A stretch of 63,406 bases of DNA, filler included. It is 7 parts of 7 records of this genome, joined end to end, with 100 filler letters (N's around TTAATTAATTAA, not from the genome) between each part and the next. Parts side by side here need not be neighbours in the genome. Positions count along the whole stretch, not along the records: positions 7,149 to 18,360 come from SRR31147125_27574; positions 18,461 to 24,711 come from SRR31147125_27581; 5 more parts are not named here. One strand, given 5' to 3'. Of the stretch, positions 9,419 through 19,500 are shown piece after piece. A model generated the notes under the pieces. That model had not been told where the DNA came from. It saw only the letters and a program-made list of their open reading frames with translations, and searched no databases. The position numbers and the translations under genes were made by a program. Positions within the stretch are counted from its first letter, which is position 1, and each line of letters opens with the position of its first letter.

Positions 9419-10705
9419 CTAAAATTTGACCCTGGCACCCGCAATCAGGGCGCTTACGTCATCGTAATCGAAGCCGGTACTGTCGAGAGAGTGCAGCCGG
9501 TAGGCAATATAGAGTTCAGAGGCCCAGTCGTCCACCTTCTGGACATAGGCGAGCGAGAAGACATCTGCCTCGTCACCGCTGGCTTCAAAATCAGAAAACT
9601 GTCCGTAATCGATGGAAAACGACGACTTGCCGAGCGCAAAGAACTGAGCCTGGTATCCAAGTTTGCCGTACCAGAACGAAGGATCGTCCTGATCCTCTTC
9701 ATCCGAAAAGCTCTGCTGCCCGGCGGCGAACGTCACGTTAAAGCCGCTGTCATGAAGAACTGAAAAAGAACCGGACACCTGGTCGTCAAAACTCTTGAGA
9801 TCGCCGCCATCGGCCCAGCCCAGAGCCGCTGCAAGCTTGAGACCGGCACCATCGAATTTCCGGGAGTAGCGTGCGGCGATATCATATGCACTCTCTTCAA
9901 CGGCCGATGCGGAGACGGAGAAGCCAGCCAGCGACGGGGTATCGTACCGGAACCTGTCACTGCGGCTCAGGCCGTCCATGTTGTTGAACACATCGCCGAC
10001 CTCGATCTCACTGAGCATCGAGGACGCACTGTCATACCAGAGCTGGCCACCGGACATACCTTCAATATTGCTGTACGTAACGACCGAGGTGCCGGAGAGG
10101 TCGGACTCCGCAGTTCCGTCGGTGGCGGTGCTGCCGCGCCCAATTGCAAGCTTGCCGAACACGCCCTTGAACCAGAGATCGGCGTGGCGAAGCTTGATAT
10201 CGGGGCCTACCGATTGCTCGAGCTGATTCACGGAATTCGACGGATTCGATTCCAGCTCGTACTCGATTTTACCACCGATCCCCTGCCCGCTGGCAAGTTT
10301 GGCATCGGCCTGGACGCCCATCCGGGTGCTCGAGTTGTCGTTGTCTACGAAATAAAACGTGCTGTCATCACCGTTGTCCGCCCACAGCCCGGCCCGGTTG
10401 ACCTGACCGTACAGGGTTACTTTGGCTTTACTGCTTTTGGACGTTACCATCTTATCGGTTTTGAGATCTTCAATCTCGGCCTTATCGACTTTTTCAGCCA
10501 GCATTTTTTCATTTTTGCCGCTCATCTCGAGCAGCATCTGAACCTGCTTTTTGAGTTCCGCAATTTCATTTGCCTGCTTGTCAATCTGTACCTGCTGCGC
10601 CTCAATCTGTTCCTCCGACGTCATCGCCGAAGCAACACCAGAGGTGGTCATCGATAATATCGCCGCAAGTACAAAAATACCAGTACTCCTGTAGTGCTTT
10701 CTCAT
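9419..10705 (-). CDS. Outer-membrane porin with N-terminal coiled coil
   Basis: Signal peptide, coiled coil, VTLYGQVN first strand, alternating beta pattern, C-terminal Phe (RVKF). Confidence 0.85.
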   Translation of the reverse strand: MRKHYRSTGIFVLAAILSMTTSGVASAMTSEEQIEAQQVQIDKQANEIAELKKQVQMLLEMSGKNEKMLAEKVDKAEIEDLKTDKMVTSKSSKAKVTLYGQVNRAGLWADNGDDSTFYFVDNDNSSTRMGVQADAKLASGQGIGGKIEYELESNPSNSVNQLEQSVGPDIKLRHADLWFKGVFGKLAIGRGSTATDGTAESDLSGTSVVTYSNIEGMSGGQLWYDSASSMLSEIEVGDVFNNMDGLSRSDRFRYDTPSLAGFSVSASAVEESAYDIAARYSRKFDGAGLKLAAALGWADGGDLKSFDDQVSGSFSVLHDSGFNVTFAAGQQSFSDEEDQDDPSFWYGKLGYQAQFFALGKSSFSIDYGQFSDFEASGDEADVFSLAYVQKVDDWASELYIAYRLHSLDSTGFDYDDVSALIAGARVKF

Positions 10706-11039
10706 ATCAAACTCCTGTATAGTGTTATAGTGAGTGAACCATCAATACCGCTGTTGATTAGTACGTCAAAGGTCCACCGGTTCCAGCTATAACAAAAATA
10801 GAAAGCAAACATTTTCGTTATATCATAAAACAGTTCGTATTATGTTCGCCTCAACCAACCTCACCCCACGACACGAACATCGGCCCTCACTGTTTGGTCA
10901 AGGCTCCCCAGCGGGGAAAGTTTCACTATTCAGAACTAAAAACTAGCAGCGTTCTAATAGTGCCTGAATGCAGCCACCTTAAGCTGTTTGTTCAGAGTAG
11001 CTTTGAAAAATCTCAAATACTGAACGGGGAGTTTACGCC

Positions 11040-13256
11040 ATGTCTGAGACGTTGGAAAAACAGGTTGCAGGAAGTGGAACACAATCAGATACCACACACA
11101 CCGACAGTCAAGAACCGAACGCGCCGGTTTTCGAGCTCGGTTCTCCCGAGTATTACCTCAATCGTGAGCTCACCTGGCTGGAATTCAACCGGCGGGTGCT
11201 CAACGAAGGTCGGGATCCCAGGAATCCGCTCCTCGAACGGCTGTTCTTCCTCGCGGTCGTCGGCTCCAACCTCGATGAATTCTACATGAAACGCATCGGC
11301 GGGCTGAAGCAGCAGGTCGGCGCCGGGGTCATAAAACCCACCGTTGACGGGCGCAGCCCGCAGCAGCAGATCGACGAGTGTCATCAAGTCGTGCTCGACA
11401 TCCTCGAACAGCAGCAGGTACTCGAAACCGAGTTGCAGAAGCTGCTGAAAGAGGAAGGCATTGTCGTAACAGGCTACAACAGCTTGACCAAAGCACAGCA
11501 GCAAAACGCAGACACTTATTTCATGGATGAGGTTTTTCCACTGCTCACCCCGCAGGGGATGGACCCGGCGCACCCTTTTCCGTTCCTCTCCAACCTGTCG
11601 GTCAACCTGCTCGTCGAGGTGCGGAGGCCAGACGATGACCACCCCTACCTCAATCGCCTGAAGATCCCGGTAAGTACCGGCGGGATTTCCCGTTTTGTGA
11701 AGATCGGAGACGAGGATGTCTATATCATCCTCGAAGACCTGATCGCCAATAACCTGGACCGGCTGTTCCCGGACATGATCATCGTGGCACGTGAAGTGTT
11801 CCGTGTTACCAGAAACGCGATAACCGAAAAGAACCAGGAGCAGGCCAACGACCTGTTGTCCACGATCGAGTCCGCCCTCCGGGACCGGAAGTTCGCCGAG
11901 ATCGTGCGGCTCGAGGTCGATCATACGATGAGTGCGGTTCACCGCGGTATGCTCGCCGCAGAGCTGGGGATCGACGAAGAGAAGGATGTGTTCAAAGTGA
12001 CCGGGGTGATGGGCAAAAAAGACATGTTCGAACTCGCCGGTCTGGATCGGCAGGACCTGCACTTCCCGGCTCACCAGCCGGTCGACCACCCCGATCTTCT
12101 CGGCGACAACCCGAACATTTTCCACATCATCCGGGAAAAGGGCTCGATTCTGCTTCAGCACCCGTATGAATCGTTCGACACGTCGGTAGAGCGCTTTTTA
12201 AAGGAGGCAAGCCGGGATCCCAAAGTGCTGGCCATCAAGATGACCCTCTACCGCACCGCGAGGGTTTCACGGGTCGTGCAATACCTCATCGAAGCTGCCC
12301 AGAACGACAAACAGGTCGCGGTGGTCGTCGAACTCAAGGCACGCTTTGATGAATCAGCCAATATCCGCTGGGCGCGCAGTCTCGAAGAGGTCGGCATTCA
12401 TGTCACGTACGGCGTTGTCGGGCTCAAGACTCACTCGAAGGTGATATTCGTAGTCCGCAGGGATTATGATAAACTGCGCAGATACGCTCACATCGGCACC
12501 GGCAACTACCATGCGGGCACCGCCCGGGGGTATTGCGACCTCGGTCTGTTCACCTGTGACGCAGATATCGGGACCGATCTCACGGAACTGTTCAACTATC
12601 TCACCACCGGCTACACGCCGATACGTAACTACACGAAACTGCTCCCGTCTCCGAAGCTGCTGAAAAAGGCGCTGCTCACGAAGATCGAACGGGAGATCGG
12701 ACACAGGGAGAAGAACGGTTCCGGCCTGATCCAGATGAAGACCAATGCGCTCGAAGACGCGGACATCGTTGCAGCCCTCTACCGTGCTTCCCAGGCCGGT
12801 GTGCATATCGATCTCATCGTGCGCGACACGTGCAGGCTTCGTCCCGGCATCACGGGGCTCTCTGAGAATATCAACGTCATATCCATCGTCGGACGATTTC
12901 TCGAGCATACGAGGATCTTCTATTTTCACAACGACGGTGCCGAGGAGTTCTTTATCGGCTCCGCGGACCTGATGAAAAGGAACCTGGAAAGCCGCGTGGA
13001 AGTATGTACTCCCGTCGAGTCTCCCCAGCTCCAGGTGCTGCTGCGTGAGATGCTCGACATTCAGCTCTCAAACCATTGTAATTGCTGGGAAATGCAGGGC
13101 GACGGGTCCTATGTGCAGCGTCAAGCCGTAAACGAGGAGGAGGCGATAACGACCTTTGATCAGTTGATCGCCAATGCTGAGAAACGCTCCAAACAGAGTC
13201 AGAAGATACTGGCAAAAAAGATCAAGAAATCCGGAAAAAAGCGTGGTAAAGTATAA
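11040..13256 (+). CDS. ppk1: Polyphosphate kinase 1
   Basis: YLNRELTWLEFNRRVL, HPFPFLSN, KMTLYRT, KTHSK, GRFLEH, GSADLM motifs. Confidence 0.97.
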   Translation: MSETLEKQVAGSGTQSDTTHTDSQEPNAPVFELGSPEYYLNRELTWLEFNRRVLNEGRDPRNPLLERLFFLAVVGSNLDEFYMKRIGGLKQQVGAGVIKPTVDGRSPQQQIDECHQVVLDILEQQQVLETELQKLLKEEGIVVTGYNSLTKAQQQNADTYFMDEVFPLLTPQGMDPAHPFPFLSNLSVNLLVEVRRPDDDHPYLNRLKIPVSTGGISRFVKIGDEDVYIILEDLIANNLDRLFPDMIIVAREVFRVTRNAITEKNQEQANDLLSTIESALRDRKFAEIVRLEVDHTMSAVHRGMLAAELGIDEEKDVFKVTGVMGKKDMFELAGLDRQDLHFPAHQPVDHPDLLGDNPNIFHIIREKGSILLQHPYESFDTSVERFLKEASRDPKVLAIKMTLYRTARVSRVVQYLIEAAQNDKQVAVVVELKARFDESANIRWARSLEEVGIHVTYGVVGLKTHSKVIFVVRRDYDKLRRYAHIGTGNYHAGTARGYCDLGLFTCDADIGTDLTELFNYLTTGYTPIRNYTKLLPSPKLLKKALLTKIEREIGHREKNGSGLIQMKTNALEDADIVAALYRASQAGVHIDLIVRDTCRLRPGITGLSENINVISIVGRFLEHTRIFYFHNDGAEEFFIGSADLMKRNLESRVEVCTPVESPQLQVLLREMLDIQLSNHCNCWEMQGDGSYVQRQAVNEEEAITTFDQLIANAEKRSKQSQKILAKKIKKSGKKRGKV

Positions 13257-13391
13257 TCCGTAATCGGGGCATCATTCCGGACCTGACAGCAGAAATTGTT
13301 GTCAGGTTACGGGAAGAGCGGTCTCCACCATGGCCTGCGCATGCCCGAAGCAGAGCCTTTCGGAAAGTACAGCCTGGAGACGCTAAGCATG

Positions 13392-13592
13392 TTATATACT
13401 GTCGAGAATGGACAGCGTGGACTTGTGTTTTGCCGGTTTGCGATACACGCTCTCGAGAAAGAGAGTGAAGTCGTCTCTCGTGAACTGGTCCCCGTGGTGC
13501 CGCAGAAACATCGAGATCAGGCTCCAGCGCTCCGACTCATCCCTTATTTTCCATGCATCAAGTACGTTATTGAGCACAGTCCTGTCCATCAC
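13392..13592 (-). CDS. Small hypothetical protein (about 66 aa)
   Basis: AGAGGG RBS before GTG/ATG; helical composition; upstream 11-bp-period repeats. Confidence 0.5.
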   Translation of the reverse strand: MMDRTVLNNVLDAWKIRDESERWSLISMFLRHHGDQFTRDDFTLFLESVYRKPAKHKSTLSILDSI

Positions 13593-13677
13593 ATCCCTCT
13601 TGGATCAAACGATATCTCGGTTGGAGAGATATCACCGGCTTTTGCAGCCTCTGTTGACCCTATGATAACACCGCAAG

Positions 13678-13704
13678 ATTAGATGATCGTTAAGGGACTG
13701 ATAA
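13678..13704 (-). promoter_or_regulatory. Putative Pho-box-like direct repeats
   Basis: TTATC/TTAAC/CTAAT at exact 11-bp spacing on the minus strand. Confidence 0.45.
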
Positions 13705-13816
13705 TACTGTATTTTAGCAGGACATCCAGGAAGACTGAAAAGAGAGCTCCGTACCCACGGAACGAGACGGCCGGGACGTGAAACCATGGATATCCGACGT
13801 CCCGGCCACAAGTAAA

Positions 13817-15652
13817 CTATGTATTCAGTATTATAAGAAATTCACTTCCTTTTCCGACCGTACTTCTGACATCGACATCACCACCGTGAGCCTGTACGAT
13901 ATGTTTGACGATGGCAAGACCGAGACCAGTCCCGCCTACTTTTCTGCTGCGTGCCCGGTCACTCCTGTAAAAGCGCTCGAACAGACGCGGGAGATGTTCC
14001 TCCGCGATCCCGATACCATTGTCGATAACCGAAATGACGACTTGTTTCTCACCGCCCTCTTCCCGCTCGCGGGCCTGGATTTTTACCTCCTGGCCTTCCT
14101 CGCTGTAAGTTATCGCGTTTATCACGAGGTTGACGATTGCCTGGGTCAACAGAGTCTGGTTGAGGTTCAAGGTTATTTGGTCGGGACAGTCAGTAACGAT
14201 AGTCACACCGTTCTCCCGCGCTGTCTGCATGGAGTTATCGACCGCTTCCTCCATCACAATTTTCAGCTGTTGCCGGTCGAAAGTTACCTGACTGTCGTGT
14301 GCATCACGCTCTATCCGTGAAAGCGCGAGCAGATCGTCGATGATTTCCTCGAGCTGCTCGGACTGACGCAGGACAATTTCGAGAAATTTCTCGCTGTCCT
14401 CGCGATCGTTCAGAGCCCCGTCAAGGAGGGTCTCCACGTAGCCCCGGATGGACGTGATGGGGGTTCGCAGTTCGTGTGACACGTTGGCAACGAAGTCGCT
14501 TCTGATCGTCTCGAGTTTCTGCAGGCGCGTGACATCGTTGAGCACGATCAGCGCTCCGATTACGTTCCCTCCGCCGTCATAAAGCGGTACCGCATGAGTC
14601 TGAAGATAGGTGGAACCGACACTGCTTCCGTTGAGTATGATCTCATCTTCAAACGGCTGTCTGCCCTTCAGAATCCGTTCGATCTGCTGGTGCAGCGCAA
14701 CGTTTCTGATCGACTCATGGAGCAGCTTCCCTCGAGCAGCAGTGCGCTCCACCTCGAACATCTGCGCCGCCGCCTCGTTGATGCTGATGATGCGCTCGTC
14801 GTTGTCCACCGCAACGACCGCTTCCGCCATGGAGGAGAAAACAGCCTCGAGCTGGTTGTGCTGGTTGGATATCGTGTTGATCTTCTCGTCCAGCTGGACG
14901 GCCATCTGGTCCATTGCAGTGGCCAGGCTGGCAATTTCCCTCGACGCGGTGGTCTTCTGGCTCAGCAGCATTCGCCGTGAGAAGTCCCCGTTGGCATAGT
15001 GCTCGGCTCCCCGGGTCATGTCCTCGAGCGGCCGACTGATGTTCTTCGACACGAAATAGGTCATCACGAACGCACAGATAATCGCCAGGAAGGCTCCCCC
15101 GCCAATCTTCAGACGGATATCGGACAGCTGGGAATCGATAGCGGTGACAGGCATCGCCAGACGAAGCACCGCGATAGCCTCACCCGTATCCGGCTTCTCC
15201 GCGCCATACCCGTCCGATGTGTAGAGCGGAATGGCCGTATAGAGCAAGCGCTGCCCGAGCGTGTTGCTGAAACGCAGCGACTGACCGGTATCGCCTGAAA
15301 ATGCGGTGTCGATCTCCGGACGCCGGCGGTGATTGTCCATCCGTGCGGGATCTTCGTTGGTATCGGCGATTACCTTGCCGTCAGGTTCTATAACGGTTAT
15401 CCGGGTTCCGGCCGCCCGCCCTGACTGCACGACAAGCTCACGCAACCGATCATCATCTCCTTCAGTATAGAGATCGACCACACGAGATCTGATGAGGTTG
15501 GCCCGATTTTCAAGATCTCTCCCCGTCTCTTCAATGTAGAACCCGTCAAACGTGCGGGAACTGTACCAGGCAACCCCGGTTATCGTCAGGAGCAGGATGA
15601 TCAGGTTGACAACGAATATCTGCCAGAACAGCTTTTTCTGCTTTATTACCAT
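13817..15652 (-). CDS. phoR: Phosphate sensor histidine kinase (HAMP-PAS-HisKA-HATPase)
   Basis: FVANVSHELRTP, NLVINAITYS, GGTGLGL; adjacent to phoB and phoU. Confidence 0.9.
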   Translation of the reverse strand: MVIKQKKLFWQIFVVNLIILLLTITGVAWYSSRTFDGFYIEETGRDLENRANLIRSRVVDLYTEGDDDRLRELVVQSGRAAGTRITVIEPDGKVIADTNEDPARMDNHRRRPEIDTAFSGDTGQSLRFSNTLGQRLLYTAIPLYTSDGYGAEKPDTGEAIAVLRLAMPVTAIDSQLSDIRLKIGGGAFLAIICAFVMTYFVSKNISRPLEDMTRGAEHYANGDFSRRMLLSQKTTASREIASLATAMDQMAVQLDEKINTISNQHNQLEAVFSSMAEAVVAVDNDERIISINEAAAQMFEVERTAARGKLLHESIRNVALHQQIERILKGRQPFEDEIILNGSSVGSTYLQTHAVPLYDGGGNVIGALIVLNDVTRLQKLETIRSDFVANVSHELRTPITSIRGYVETLLDGALNDREDSEKFLEIVLRQSEQLEEIIDDLLALSRIERDAHDSQVTFDRQQLKIVMEEAVDNSMQTARENGVTIVTDCPDQITLNLNQTLLTQAIVNLVINAITYSEEGQEVKIQAREREEGGEKQVVISVIDNGIGIAEEHLPRLFERFYRSDRARSRKVGGTGLGLAIVKHIVQAHGGDVDVRSTVGKGSEFLIILNT

Positions 15653-15677
15653 TGTTAATCAATAGGGTGTGGATCCG

Positions 15678-16388
15678 TTACGCATCCGATTTATAGCGAT
15701 ACCCGACTCCCCTGACGGTCTCGATCAGGCTGCCGGAACTCCCCATCTTTTTCCGCAGACCGAATATCTGCACATCGATGGCCCGGGGCGTGATCAGAAA
15801 ATCATAGCCCCGCACCGAATCGATAATCTGCTGCCTGGTGAACACCCAGCCCGGTTTCCCGGCAAGCAGCGCGAGGATGCCGAATTCGGTCATGGTCAGG
15901 TGCAACAGATCTCCCCGCAGCTTGACCTCGTGACGGCCTTTGTTGATCTCCAGGTCATCCACCATGATGGTCGCCTGGTCATCGGCAGCCTCGGTTTTCT
16001 GTTTTTCGAACCCCCGGCGCAGGACCGCCTTGATCCGGGCGATCAGGACCTTCGGGCTAAACGGCTTGGTGACGTAGTCATCTGCGCCGTAGTCGAGCCC
16101 TGCAACAATATCTTCCTCTTCGCCCTTCGCGGTGAGCATCACTATCGGTATATAACGGCCGCTCTGATCGGATTTGCGTCGAATCGTCTCGCATACCTCG
16201 AGCCCACTCATTCCGGGCAGCATCAGGTCGAGCAGTACGCAGTCGATATCCTCGCGGAGCAGGACCTCGAGCGCTTCTTCTCCGGAATCAGCACAGGTAA
16301 CGTGAAACCCGGCCTTTATCAGGTTGTAGCTGACCAGCTGCTGGATGGCAGCTTCATCTTCGACGACGAGAATAGTTACTTTTGCCAT
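15678..16388 (-). CDS. phoB: OmpR-family response regulator PhoB
   Basis: REC domain (LLDLMLP, KPF), winged helix ending IETVRGVGY; pho gene context. Confidence 0.88.
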   Translation of the reverse strand: MAKVTILVVEDEAAIQQLVSYNLIKAGFHVTCADSGEEALEVLLREDIDCVLLDLMLPGMSGLEVCETIRRKSDQSGRYIPIVMLTAKGEEEDIVAGLDYGADDYVTKPFSPKVLIARIKAVLRRGFEKQKTEAADDQATIMVDDLEINKGRHEVKLRGDLLHLTMTEFGILALLAGKPGWVFTRQQIIDSVRGYDFLITPRAIDVQIFGLRKKMGSSGSLIETVRGVGYRYKSDA

Positions 16389-16556
16389 GGCTTGTTTCTT
16401 CTGCTGAGTTTTATCGTGTCCGCCACCGAGCGGTCAGGCAACCACTCACAAGTAACGGAGTTACGCTCACAAATCAAAAAAACGTTGCCCGGGCTGTTTA
16501 TCACACGAGGTCACTTTTCAGCATTTTATGTGCTCCTGCAAGTCCTTTTCTCACCA

Positions 16557-16594
16557 TTAACGCAATCCTAATAATTAGTTAACAGAAAAAGAAC
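16557..16594 (+). promoter_or_regulatory. Putative Pho-box-like direct repeats upstream of phoU
   Basis: TTAAC(16557), CTAAT(16568), TTAAC(16579), AGAAC(16590): 11-bp period. Confidence 0.55.
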
Positions 16595-16698
16595 AATCAC
16601 GGTCTAGATTCCCGGTCAAAGATTAAACAGGCCCGGATGAACGAGGGTGTTTATCACACAACGTCAACGAATCTGAACGGCTGCAAGACAGGATAGAC

Positions 16699-17364
16699 AT
16701 GGAACCATTTTATACCTTTCACCTGGAGCTCAAGAGCCTCAACAAGAAGCTGCTGAGTCTCAGCGCCCAGATTGAGGAGCGCGTGCGGAGCGCCGCGGCA
16801 ATCATCAAGAACTACGATGAGGCGGACGCCCGGGCGCTGATTCTCAGCGACTACGAAATCGACGAACAGGAAGTGGAAATCGAAGAGGACTGCCTGAAAA
16901 TCCTCGCGCTGCACCAGCCGGTCGCCAGCGATCTCCGCTTTATCATCGCGGTGATCAAGATCAACAACGAGCTGGAACGGATCGGCGACTACGCCGTCAA
17001 CATCGCGCTGCGCGCCCGCAATATCAACCAGGCGGCAAGCATGGACCTCCTCGAAGAGATCGACTTCACTGAGATGTCCGAAACGGTGATCACGATGCTC
17101 AAGGACAGCCTCGACGCGCTCATCAACCGCGATGCGTCTCTTGCCCGGAAGGTGTTCCTGATGGACGATACGGTGGATGGATACCGCAACTACGTACATC
17201 GAATCGTCCAGGATCTGATCGCAGAGCATCCCGAGCATGCGGAGGGGTTGCTCAACACCTACCTGCTTGCACGACACCTCGAACGGGTCGGTGACCGGAC
17301 CACCAATATCGCAGAAGAAGTCATCTACCTCGTCGAAGGGGTGGTGACAAGATCAATAGATTAA
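16699..17364 (+). CDS. phoU: Phosphate signalling protein PhoU
   Basis: HQPVASDLR, ELERIGD and LERVGDRTTNIAEEV repeats. Confidence 0.95.
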   Translation: MEPFYTFHLELKSLNKKLLSLSAQIEERVRSAAAIIKNYDEADARALILSDYEIDEQEVEIEEDCLKILALHQPVASDLRFIIAVIKINNELERIGDYAVNIALRARNINQAASMDLLEEIDFTEMSETVITMLKDSLDALINRDASLARKVFLMDDTVDGYRNYVHRIVQDLIAEHPEHAEGLLNTYLLARHLERVGDRTTNIAEEVIYLVEGVVTRSID

Positions 17365-17385
17365 CCAGGGATCACCCACACCACC

Positions 17386-18360
17386 ATGCTCTTCACCTAT
17401 CTCTTTCCCGCCATACTCGTTATCGGCGTAAGCGGTTTTTTTGCCGGACGGATGAAAGCTTTCCGGGTCGCCGCAGCCAACGGCGGGGTCAAGGAACTCC
17501 ATTCCCTCCCCAATCACTACGGCATGCTGACAGCAATGGCAATTCTGCTCCCGGCACTGCTGGTGTACGGATTGTGGGTCTCTTTCGAGACATCTGTTGT
17601 CGATTCCCGGATCATGAACGAGCTGCCCGCGCAGCTCGCCACCGACTCCGGCAGCAGATCGCTGGTACTCAACGACATCAAAAACATCCTCGCCGGCAAT
17701 GTGACGGTCTCCAGGGATCCGGAGGTCGTCCAGGTCGCCACGCGGTATACGGACATTCAGCAGAATTACCGCTCCATCGTGACGGGGGCGGTCCTGCTGC
17801 TCATGGCCGTGTTCGCGGGCGTTTCATATCGCTCGATATCGGCGTCGCTGCGGGCGCGCAACATCGTCGAGTCGGTCATCACGTTCATCCTGATCCTCTG
17901 TTCGGGGGTCGCCATCCTGACTACGCTGGGCATCGTCCTCTCGGTCCTGTTCGAGGCAATCCGCTTTTTCAAGATCATTCCGCTGCAGGATTTCCTGTTC
18001 GGTCTCAGCTGGAGCCCCCAGATGGCGATCCGCGCGGATCAGGCCGGTTCGTCCGGTGCGTTCGGGGCGGTTCCGGTCTTCGCCGGCACCTTCATGATCG
18101 CATCGATTGCGATGACAGTCGCGATACCGGTCGGCCTCCTCTCCGCCATTTACCTCTCCGAGTTCGCCGACCACCGCATCAGGACCCTGGTCAAGCCGAT
18201 GCTCGAGATCCTCGCCGGAATTCCCACGGTCGTGTACGGTTTTTTCGCCGCCCTCGTGGTGGCACCGATGATCAGGGAAAGCGGCGGATTCTTCGGTCTG
18301 TCGGTGGCTTCAGAGAGTGCGCTGGCCGCAGGGCTGGTCATGGGAATCATGATCATCCCC
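17386..18360 (+). CDS. pstC: Phosphate ABC permease PstC, 3'-truncated
   Basis: EILAGIPTVVYGFFA and GIMIIP motifs; long N-terminal extension. Confidence 0.93.
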
Positions 18361-18460
18361 NNNNNNNNNNNNNNNNNNNNNNNNNNNNNNNNNNNNNNNN
18401 NNNNTTAATTAATTAANNNNNNNNNNNNNNNNNNNNNNNNNNNNNNNNNNNNNNNNNNNN
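18361..18460. other. Artificial contig linker
   Basis: N-run with TTAATTAATTAA. Confidence 0.99.
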
Positions 18461-18697
18461 TATTTAAACCTCTAGACCTTAATAAATCGAAAGCATCTAT
18501 ACCGTTTATGCTCGGTATTTTGATGTTGTTTAATCCCAAAGCTCTTGCTAATGCGTTGGGAGTATAGCCCATTTCATCCATTATATTAAGTGCTTTTTCT
18601 TTAGTTTTGGGCTTGCATTACCTTTGTTATTGATGATTCTGGATACTGTGTTATAGAGAGACCTGAATTTTCTGCAATATCATATATTTATACTATC
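18461..18697 (-). pseudogene. Degraded LacI-family repressor (HTH region)
   Basis: Segments in shifting frames: IYDIAENSGLSI / VSRIINNKG / KTKEKALNIMDEMGYTPNALARAL; no intact ORF. Confidence 0.75.
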
Positions 18698-18713
18698 AAT
18701 ACTCCGAAACTTG

Positions 18714-19010
18714 AGTAAGCACTTACATGAATGGTGGTATAGTGAAGAAGAATATGCAACACTTAATAAGTAAAGTCTAGAAAATAGCAGTATTTAAGGT
18801 TGTATACAGGGTGCTATATCAAATAAATAATTTATATCATAACAAACGACATGTAAGGGTTTACAATTATATCTTGACATTGTAATTTTCGGATGCTATC
18901 ATAATAACATAAAATGAAGAATATGACAGATAAAACGTGGGAAGAGTCTGTTTTATATCATTTTTTGTGTAGGGAACCCATTTTTTTTATCATATATGTA
19001 AGGGCTTACA
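18714..19010. promoter_or_regulatory. Three LacI-type operators and a sigma70 promoter
   Basis: AGTAAGCACTTACA (18714), TGTAAGGGTTTACA (18852), TGTAAGGGCTTACA (18997); TTGACA(18874)-17 bp-TATCAT(18897) with extended TG. Confidence 0.75.
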
Positions 19011-19052
19011 AATGAGTATGCAAGAGTTCGTATTTTTTACAGGAGTATTTTA

Positions 19053-19500
19053 ATGCATAAAAAACCTTCAAGGCAAAAGCTGAGCAGACCAATTAAAGTA
19101 TTACAATTTGAAGAGGGTAGTTTTCTTCGGACATTTGCAGATTATATTATTTATTGATTACTATAATTCTATTGGTGAAATCCACAAATTGTTGAAACTC
19201 TCGTTTGCAATGTATCTGTCGTTTTATAAAGGTGCTTTGAAAGATGAAGACGGATACTATGGCATAAGAAACGGTGAAAAATATAAAGTGTTTGAATATG
19301 AATATGCACTGGAGATATATAGAAGAAATGCTGATTTATCAAATGATAAACTGATTGAGCTTGTCATGAGTGACGAAAAGCTTTGGGGGATGAATTTGAT
19401 GGAGATGGATAAATTCTATGAAAAAGTATGCAGTTATGTTGATGCGATTAACAACGATGGTGTCTATAAAGTTCTTTCTAGTTGCGTGGAGGCAATATGA
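19053..19500 (+). pseudogene. uxaB: Internally deleted tagaturonate reductase-like gene
   Basis: AGGAG RBS and ATG 19053 give RPIKVLQFEEGSFLRTFADY (compare LQFGEGNFLR), joined out of frame to a UxaB-like C-terminus (SFAMYLSFYKG...LWGMNL...INNDG). Confidence 0.7.

Noticed and set aside
7869-16571. Long antisense or alternative-frame ORFs (e.g. 7869-8846, 11085-12161, 15669-16571)
   Set aside because: Shadow ORFs of well-supported genes in GC-rich DNA, with no recognisable motifs.
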